Source of the DNA: Candidatus Fermentibacterota bacterium
GTDB taxonomy: Bacteria; JAFGKV01
Assembly (NCBI GenBank): GCA_016928395.1
Contig: JAFGKV010000319.1
Location: forward strand, 1 to 32,913
DNA: 32,913 nucleotides
Reading direction: 5' to 3'
Under the pieces are notes generated by a model, which saw only the letters and a program-made list of their open reading frames with translations, had not been told where the DNA came from and did no database searches. A program made the translations under genes and the position numbers. How positions within the stretch are numbered: the stretch's first letter is position 1; every line of letters starts with the position of its first letter. Below, in pieces: positions 26,873-32,913 of the stretch.

Positions 26873-27442
26873 TCACGATTTGCGGCGGTGCTTTGTCCAC
26901 GTGGAGCCGAAGGCGGCACCCAAACCGCCACCGATGAGGTGTGCCGATTGAGAGATATTGTCTGCGCGAAGGGCATTCACCAGCTCAGTGCCGATGAAGA
27001 TCATGGCCACCAAGATGAAGGTCAGCGGAATCGTGCCCTTGCGGGCGTCGGCCATGGACGCAAGGATGATGAACATGAACACGATGCCGCTGGCTCCGAG
27101 AAGCCCGGTCGAGAACAGAGCGGCGTTCACGAGGCCCGTCACCACCGCGGTCACCGCCATCATGAGCGTCAGCGTGCTCGATCCATACTTCTCCTCCAGC
27201 AGAGGCCCCAGGAGAAGGATGTAGGCGAGATTGCCCAGGAGATGCCCCCAGCTCGCGTGTCCGGCGACATGGCTGACGAGGCGGAAGTAGTCCAAAGGCT
27301 GTCCCCACGAGATGCTGGGAGGCGCGGCGAAGAGCTTCAGAGTAAAGCCGGGCACGATGCGGTTGATGAAGTAGATCACAACCGCGATGAGCGAGAAGGT
27401 CAGCACTGTAGGCGAATTGAAACGGACTCGATACTTCGGCAT
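26873..27442 (-). CDS. Rhomboid-family intramembrane serine protease
   Basis: HASWGHLLGN, LEEKYG, catalytic GASG and AHLIGG. AGGAGG RBS. Confidence 0.9.
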   Translation of the reverse strand: MPKYRVRFNSPTVLTFSLIAVVIYFINRIVPGFTLKLFAAPPSISWGQPLDYFRLVSHVAGHASWGHLLGNLAYILLLGPLLEEKYGSSTLTLMMAVTAVVTGLVNAALFSTGLLGASGIVFMFIILASMADARKGTIPLTFILVAMIFIGTELVNALRADNISQSAHLIGGGLGAAFGSTWTKHRRKS

Positions 27443-27480
27443 TCCGGGCTCCTCCTGGCAGAAGCGCAGGTATCATGGTT

Positions 27481-27581
27481 CAGGATACAGGGTTCGGGGT
27501 TCAGTAAGGGCTCTGAGGGCGAGGAGCGCACTCAGATTCTTCGAGGTTGAGAGTACGGCCGGCTGGTGGCTATCGGCTGTC
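27481..27581 (-). repeat. Dispersed ~101-nt repeat, copy 2 (inverted relative to 91-191)
   Basis: About 80/101 ungapped identity to 91-191 by hand alignment; the TCTGAG/CTCAGA stem is conserved. Confidence 0.85.
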
Positions 27582-27636
27582 AGCTATCGGCCTTCAGCTA
27601 TCAGGCCCGCCCAGCGCTACGAGGAACCGTTGTCTC

Positions 27637-27662
27637 GTAGGGGCGATCGTCCCTGGTCGCCC
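27637..27662 (+). repeat. GTAG-type REP-like palindrome
   Basis: GTAG followed by an imperfect palindrome GGGCGATC-GTCCCT-GGTCGCCC, the layout of RAYT-associated REPs; single copy in the window. Confidence 0.55.
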
Positions 27663-27678
27663 GCCGGGGCGGGGTCGG

Positions 27679-28088
27679 TATCGCTATCGTTGTCGTACTC
27701 GCAATCGTAGTCGTACTCGACGCTCCGGGCAGTCGAGCACGAGTTCTCCCATGTTCTCTGGAACAAGTCGGGCAGCGGTCGACCTTCTTCACTTCTTCAC
27801 CCTGAGCGAAGTCGAGGGAATGGATGGATGGACGGATGGGTGGGTGGGTGGGTGAGTGAGAAGGGCATTCTGAATCCTGGATTCTGACTCCTGCCGCCTG
27901 CCTACTGCCGACTGGCCACCCATTCTCTCGTCACTCTTCAGCCTTCCTTTGCGTCTCTGCGTCTTTGCGATGACAGTGCCCCTCTATTCCCTTCATGTTC
28001 TTTTCGGTGAATTCCGAGCTTCCTTTGCTTCCTTTGCGTCTCTGCGTAAGACTTCTCATTCACTTCATGGTGAAGCGTCTTTGCGTCC
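27679..28088. repeat. Mosaic of short simple repeats in the intergenic region
   Basis: Hexamers TCG(C/T)(T/A)(A/C); palindrome CCCTGAGCGAAGTCGAGGG; tetramers GGAT/GGGT; heptamer-like ATTCTGA/ATCCTGG/ACTCCTG and CTGCCG/CTGCCT; CTTTGCGTCTCTGCGT twice. Confidence 0.75.
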
Positions 28089-30698
28089 TCACTCCATAAC
28101 AGTTGTCTCGTAGCTCACGCCCTCCGGAACGTAGACCGGCACCTTGACCGTCACGGCCTTGCCGTCTGTCTGCTTGGTGCCGTCCACCGCCACGAACGAA
28201 GTGTACTGGCAGAGCAGGCGGTGCTGCAGGGAGGTCTGCGTGATTTCTTCCTTGAGCTCATCCGACGGCCACGACACCTCCTTGTCGGACAGCTCCGCAA
28301 GCTTCCAGCGTGCCCACACCGAACGGATCCCTGCATGTTCGGTCAACGCCTCATCGCGGGGCAATGGGATCGTGTGGCGCGAGGTGGTTGACCCCATGCG
28401 CCCGTGCACGTGGATCTGTCCTGAGCCGATTCTCTTGAAGCGACCGGTGAGTATGACCGGCCGGCCCACGAACAGGTCGGGGATTGTGGAGGGGTAAACG
28501 TCACTAACGTCCAATCCGCCCCAGTCGATCTCGATGTCGGTGAGTGCGGGACGGCTCATGCGCTCGTAGAACAGGTCGACCTTGTCGCCGGCGGCTTCGT
28601 TGAGGCCGATGTAGGCCACCGCGCCGCGGCCCAATCGTGCCAAGCCCTCGAGGAGGTAACGGTTCACCGACGTCCCGACCCCGAAGCTGAAGATCCGGGC
28701 ATCCTTCACCTTCTCATGCACCGCGGCGAAGATCTGGGCCTCGTTGCCGATGTAGCCATCGGTCATGAATGACACGATGCGGAACCTGCCGGGATCATGG
28801 GGGAAATCCAACGCCGCCTTGATGCCTTCGATCATCATGGTGCCGCCGCCGGAATGCAGTTCATCCACGTGGCGCAATGCCCGCATGACATTCTCAGGGG
28901 TGGCGGGAACGGGCAGCGGCCCGAGTCGTGATGCCCGTTCCGAGAAGCGGATGATCTGGAAGGTATCCTCTGGATGAAGGTTCTTGAGGCAGCGCCTCAT
29001 AGCCTCCTTGGCCTTGGCCAGCGGCGCGCCGTGCATGCTCCCCGAGCAGTCCAACACGAACACCATCTCCCGTGGCATGCGAGGGAGGTCAGAGAGCGAA
29101 GCCGGTGGCTGGAGGAATAGGGCGAAGTAGTCGCCCTTGTCGCCGCGATCGACCATGAGCGCGGTTTTGGTGGCGTTGCCGGCAGTGCGATACCTGAGCA
29201 CGAAGTCCTTGTCAGGGAGGCGATCATTGGGGCTCAACCGCACCACCGCCCGCGACTTCCGCGGGCGCTCCACCAGAATGGCGTGGCTGGAACTCGTCAC
29301 CTCCTCAACGGTGACGCCGGCATCGATATCCACCTGAATCGACAGGTGATGCCCGCCCATCTCTCCCGGCTTCAGATACTCGACCTCCACGGGTTGTCCA
29401 GAGATACCTGAGCTGCCCCGGGCGACCGCACCGATGCCCTGATTGAAGCCCGGCGGATTGAATCGAGGGCCGACCACCGTCGGGAACACGAACTCGTAGG
29501 CACCGTCGTCATAGGCTAGCGGCATGAAGAAGGTCGTCTGGACGTCGATGTCGTTGCCCGGCTCGATGTTGGCAACACGCTGGGTGAAGACATTGGGCCG
29601 TTCCTGCGACAGCAGGGCCGCACGATAGCCCATGGCCTTGGCCTCGTCGTAGATCCGTTGCGCCTCCTCTCGCTCTCGGATCACCCCCCGGATCTTGCGG
29701 TCGCCGATGATCATCTGGAAATCGGTCACCGCGGCGGTGGTCGGCAGCGGAAACACATACACGGCTTCGATCTTCTCGTTGTACGGGTTGTGATAGCTCT
29801 GGCGCACATCCACCGTGGCGATGAAGGCGTCGACTTGCCCCTTCACGTCGGTGTGCCGCAACGGCAGAGGGATCTCTTCTGGAGTGTCGGGCATCACCGC
29901 CTTGAGCTGTGGCGCCGCATACTCCGATGCTGGCTCCGACCCGTCCGACCGCTCAATGATCCACAGCTCGGTGGTCGGGCTGAGGGCGGCGAGGCTACTC
30001 TTGTCCAGTCGACCCGTACTCGCGCCCCGCACCGGCAACGGCGCGGCTCCAGGGAGCCCACTTGGGGGCTCATGGGGTGGGTGTTCACTGGGCGGTGGGG
30101 TGACCTTCGTGAGCGGCGGCGGAGTAAACACCGGTGCCGCGACCGCTGATGGCGCCTTCTTAGGGGGCCGTATCGGTCCCTCTACCATGCGCCTCGAATC
30201 GGTGACATCGGCCCTGATGATCGGACGATCCGCCACGATCTCAATCGCCTCGTAGCCGTCCACAACGGAGAGGTGCATCGAGAGGAAGCCCAGATCTGTG
30301 ACATAGCTGGCGGCAACGTAGACCTCTCTGACAATGAGATCCTTGTGTCCGAAGCTGGACAAGGTCACCGTGTGCCATCCGGGAGCCGCCCCCTTCACCC
30401 GAAACTGCCCCGCGCTGTCCGTGACGACGCCGGTATTCTCCCCATCAAGCAGGATGTGCACACCGGCCAAGGTCGGACCTTCATTCGAAACAACAACCGC
30501 CTCGATGCCACCTGTGCATCCTTGACACAGCCACCGGCTGAGACGACTACATGACACGGAGCCGAGCGCAACGACTGCGACTAGCGTTGCGACCGAAACT
30601 CGCATTGCCCGCGACAGTATGAGCACAAGCATGCTTCCTGTTCGATCAACACGCAGGGCTGACGATCCTGGGCTGGTCACTGATTGTGATGAATTCAT
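28089..30698 (-). CDS. VIT + von Willebrand A domain protein (inter-alpha-trypsin inhibitor-like) with N-terminal CarboxypepD_reg-like domain; probable lipoprotein
   Basis: VIT motifs (LPLRHTDV, IEAVYVFPLP, AALLSQERPNVFTQRVANIEPG, FPTVVGPRF); intact MIDAS DCSGS..GGGT..TDG; SFGVG; YTSFVAVD. Hydrophobic N-terminus ending LGSVSC. Confidence 0.9.
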   Translation of the reverse strand: MNSSQSVTSPGSSALRVDRTGSMLVLILSRAMRVSVATLVAVVALGSVSCSRLSRWLCQGCTGGIEAVVVSNEGPTLAGVHILLDGENTGVVTDSAGQFRVKGAAPGWHTVTLSSFGHKDLIVREVYVAASYVTDLGFLSMHLSVVDGYEAIEIVADRPIIRADVTDSRRMVEGPIRPPKKAPSAVAAPVFTPPPLTKVTPPPSEHPPHEPPSGLPGAAPLPVRGASTGRLDKSSLAALSPTTELWIIERSDGSEPASEYAAPQLKAVMPDTPEEIPLPLRHTDVKGQVDAFIATVDVRQSYHNPYNEKIEAVYVFPLPTTAAVTDFQMIIGDRKIRGVIREREEAQRIYDEAKAMGYRAALLSQERPNVFTQRVANIEPGNDIDVQTTFFMPLAYDDGAYEFVFPTVVGPRFNPPGFNQGIGAVARGSSGISGQPVEVEYLKPGEMGGHHLSIQVDIDAGVTVEEVTSSSHAILVERPRKSRAVVRLSPNDRLPDKDFVLRYRTAGNATKTALMVDRGDKGDYFALFLQPPASLSDLPRMPREMVFVLDCSGSMHGAPLAKAKEAMRRCLKNLHPEDTFQIIRFSERASRLGPLPVPATPENVMRALRHVDELHSGGGTMMIEGIKAALDFPHDPGRFRIVSFMTDGYIGNEAQIFAAVHEKVKDARIFSFGVGTSVNRYLLEGLARLGRGAVAYIGLNEAAGDKVDLFYERMSRPALTDIEIDWGGLDVSDVYPSTIPDLFVGRPVILTGRFKRIGSGQIHVHGRMGSTTSRHTIPLPRDEALTEHAGIRSVWARWKLAELSDKEVSWPSDELKEEITQTSLQHRLLCQYTSFVAVDGTKQTDGKAVTVKVPVYVPEGVSYETTVME

Positions 30699-30701
30699 TG
30701 C

Positions 30702-31538
30702 TCACTTCCCTTCTCCTTGCTGTTCCTTTTCGAACGGCACCAGCTTCGTCTCGTCCTCCATCCTGGCGCCGCCGGGAGAGGCGACCGTCTGGAACGCCTT
30801 CTGTGTCCTTTCCTCGTCAGGGGGCAACATCCGCACAGCCGGGTTCAGCCCCATGTCGGTTCCAGGCTTGCACACGGGTGTGTCAGCTACCAAAGAGGCG
30901 ACTTCGTTCATGCCATCTTCGCGGGCGGGCACGACGCTACGACTGACGATGCGGCTTGTACCCTCCGGGCACCAAATCACCCTCATTCGTTCAGCAGTGA
31001 CAACGATTTCATCCATGACAGGAGGTTGCCTCTCCATCATGGAGACAGGTCCTACGGTGGTGCCGAGATCCGCTCTCACCGTCACCGAGTCCAGGACTGT
31101 ATCAGCGAACCCGACCATCGAAACCCTGACACGCCGGTTCCCAGATGGGACCCCAGCGATGGCGAATTTCCCCAGTTCATCAGTCGCCTGGCCCAACATC
31201 GTGCCCTCCACCATGACATTCGCATAGGCGAGCGGGGAGCCATCCTGTCGTAGGACCTTTCCGGCGATCTTTCCGGTTGCGGACGGACTCCCTGAGGTCG
31301 GGGGAGGCGTTGCCGGGGGCTTCGTGGACGCAGGCCTTCCTTGCACCATGGGTTGGTCTATCGCGGACGATGCGGCTGGCGGTTCCGCGGAGGACGAATC
31401 GGCCTTTTGCTGTTCTGAAAGCACGCCAGGCTCGTCCACGCCTTCTCTAGGCCGAAACCGGGCACAACCAGGCATCAGGAGGCCCGCCAGCATCACAATA
31501 AGAACCACCGCTGCCGTTTCACCTCGGTATCGCTTCAT
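30702..31538 (-). CDS. Putative lipoprotein with Pro/Ser-rich linker and CarboxypepD_reg-like domain
   Basis: Lipobox-like LLMPGC. GKIAGKV..DGSPLAYANVMVEGTMLGQATDELGKFAIAGVPSG..VSMVGF, followed by DEIVVTA. Start overlaps the upstream stop (ATGA). Confidence 0.75.
   Translation of the reverse strand: MKRYRGETAAVVLIVMLAGLLMPGCARFRPREGVDEPGVLSEQQKADSSSAEPPAASSAIDQPMVQGRPASTKPPATPPPTSGSPSATGKIAGKVLRQDGSPLAYANVMVEGTMLGQATDELGKFAIAGVPSGNRRVRVSMVGFADTVLDSVTVRADLGTTVGPVSMMERQPPVMDEIVVTAERMRVIWCPEGTSRIVSRSVVPAREDGMNEVASLVADTPVCKPGTDMGLNPAVRMLPPDEERTQKAFQTVASPGGARMEDETKLVPFEKEQQGEGK
30718..30789. repeat. 72-nt direct repeat shared with 31563-31634 (3' ends of adjacent genes)
   Basis: About 56/72 ungapped identity by hand, including an exact 20-mer TGGCGCCGCCGGGAGAGGCG. 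Confidence 0.85.
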
Positions 31539-32029
31539 CGCTCACCTTCTGGCGCTTCCCTCTGCTGTTCCTTGTCAAACAGTACCAGCTCGACGTTGGC
31601 CTTGATCTTGGCGCCGCCGGGAGAGGCGGCGGTCATGAGTGTGGCGTCAATGGCCGGCTCTTCCGGGCCGGTGATCCGAAGATGGATCCGGGCTACGTGG
31701 GACCGGCCCTTGGGCGCACGCCGGTGATCGGTGGTGAAGGCGGCGAGCACGAGCCGGCCACCTTCCATGCCTTCTTCGTCGAAGAATGGGGGATCACGGA
31801 AGGCGTCGGCCGTTCCGCCCTCGACGCCGACGATGCCGACGTGCGCCGCGTCGAATCGCAACTCGACCTGGTAGGCTACCAGCGGCTTCCTGCCGCTGTC
31901 GACGAAGAGATCCATGGCTTCGAATCGCAGGGCGGGCGCCTCTCGTGCCGTCATCGCCCAACCCTCGGCCACAAGGGCCGTTAGGATGAGGGCGCAGAGC
32001 ACACCAAACCCCGCTGTCTGTCGCATCAT
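31535..32029 (-). CDS. Secreted cohesin-like beta-sandwich protein
   Basis: Signal peptide (..AEGWA). 'DLFVDSGRKPLVAYQVELRFDAAHVGIVGVEGG...GRLVLAAF...GRSHVARIHL' resembles the cohesin pattern (xQfxLxyDxxxLxxvxV..G). Translationally coupled on both sides. Confidence 0.6.
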   Translation of the reverse strand: MMRQTAGFGVLCALILTALVAEGWAMTAREAPALRFEAMDLFVDSGRKPLVAYQVELRFDAAHVGIVGVEGGTADAFRDPPFFDEEGMEGGRLVLAAFTTDHRRAPKGRSHVARIHLRITGPEEPAIDATLMTAASPGGAKIKANVELVLFDKEQQREAPEGER

Positions 32030-32595
32030 GTCGTGCTCCTCTCCACGCTGACCGCCATGCGGGCAACCGCCCTGACGTCGGCGTCATCCACCGCTGCATC
32101 TCCTGTTAGATCCCATGAGTTCGCCGCAGGCTTGTCCCCTTGCAGGGCCACCGCCAGCAGGTAGGCATCGACGATATCGGTGGAACCATCGCGGTCCATG
32201 TCGGTAGCCGAAGCGATCTCGCCCCGTGGGCCGATGCGTTCGCGTACCGGCGAAACGACCAAGACTGAGAGGCCAATCAACACCACAGCTGCAGCCGCAG
32301 CCCAGACCGGATGCGCCAGAGCTCGGCGTCTTTGGCGCCCCCACCGGATCTCAGTGGCCCGGCGATCGATAGCTGAAAGCACTGCCCCGTCGGCATCCGC
32401 TGCGTTGGATCGAGGCGCAGCTCGGATGGCGCCTGCGCGGTGAGCAAGCACTTCGAGCTGCGCCAAGGCCGCAGTGCATTCCGGGCAGGTCCTGATGTGG
32501 GCCTCGATGTCCGGCGAAGCCTCCCCCGCCCGGGCGGCCTCGATGTCCGCGAGGTCGGGGTGGCCAGAGTTGTCTCGTGGATTCGATCTGTTCAT
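32026..32595 (-). CDS. Zinc anti-sigma-like transmembrane protein with C-terminal dockerin
   Basis: EAHIRTCPEC (HxxxCxxC); TM helix WAAAAAVVLIGLSVLVV; two EF-hand-like dockerin repeats DMDRDGSTDIVD and DLTGDAAVDDAD. ATG 32595 has a GGAGG RBS. Confidence 0.8.
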   Translation of the reverse strand: MNRSNPRDNSGHPDLADIEAARAGEASPDIEAHIRTCPECTAALAQLEVLAHRAGAIRAAPRSNAADADGAVLSAIDRRATEIRWGRQRRRALAHPVWAAAAAVVLIGLSVLVVSPVRERIGPRGEIASATDMDRDGSTDIVDAYLLAVALQGDKPAANSWDLTGDAAVDDADVRAVARMAVSVERSTT

Positions 32596-32826
32596 GTTCG
32601 TTCCCTCCACCCCCTTGAGCAGACCAACAGGCCAAAAGGTTCCATCGTCCGGCTGCGCGGGAAATCCGACACGGAAATCTCACGCAAAGCACGCGAAGAG
32701 GTCTATCGAGTGAGGAGTGAGGAGTCAGGAGATGGACGGCAGTACGGGCTACGCTGTAACTTCACAGGGGAGCAGAGGTTCCCACGCAGAGCATGAGATC
32801 GAGCCGGTGGAATGAGGAGCACGGAT

Positions 32827-32908
32827 GTCATCACCCGGCTTGACCGGGTGATCCAGAAGTCGGTCGATATGCGTCGGCCTGGATTGCCCGAACGAGTCGG
32901 GCAATGAC
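32827..32908. repeat. Paired-palindrome repeat element (GTCAT...ATGAC; REP/RPE-like)
   Basis: GTCATCACCCGGCTTGACCGGGTGATCCAG-spacer-CTGGATTGCCCGAACGAGTCGGGCAATGAC: two hairpins whose outer ends are complementary to each other. Confidence 0.7.
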
Positions 32909-32913
32909 GGGGG

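Overview
GC-rich bacterial chromosomal window. The gene content (C25 gingipain-like protein, serpin, DUF362, CarboxypepD_reg lipoproteins) suggests a diderm FCB-group/candidate-phylum organism; this is inference only. From left to right: a secreted 6-bladed beta-propeller protein; a double-module 5'-nucleotidase/2',3'-cyclic phosphodiesterase; a flippase, GT-C and GT4 surface-glycosylation trio; thioredoxin; a Tat-exported DUF362 protein; a polyprenol kinase-like protein; tRNA-Glu(CTC) and tRNA-Gln(CTG); ilvE; an HPr-kinase-like protein converging on a HExxH protein, an 83-aa RiPP-precursor-like peptide and a 67-aa secreted peptide; an ECF sigma / zinc anti-sigma / catalytically dead HtrA-like operon; a 1600-aa C25 peptidase; a serpin; a rhomboid; and a four-gene operon encoding an anti-sigma-like protein with an extracytoplasmic dockerin, a cohesin-like protein, a CarboxypepD_reg lipoprotein and a VIT-vWA protein. 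The most notable candidates are the dockerin/cohesin-coupled anti-sigma module, the orphan RiPP-like precursor with its kinase, the pseudo-HtrA, and a dispersed ~100-nt structured repeat set in mosaic repeat-rich intergenic DNA. No CRISPR array, rRNA, transposase or integrase was seen. All family assignments come from motif recognition by eye, not from database searches.
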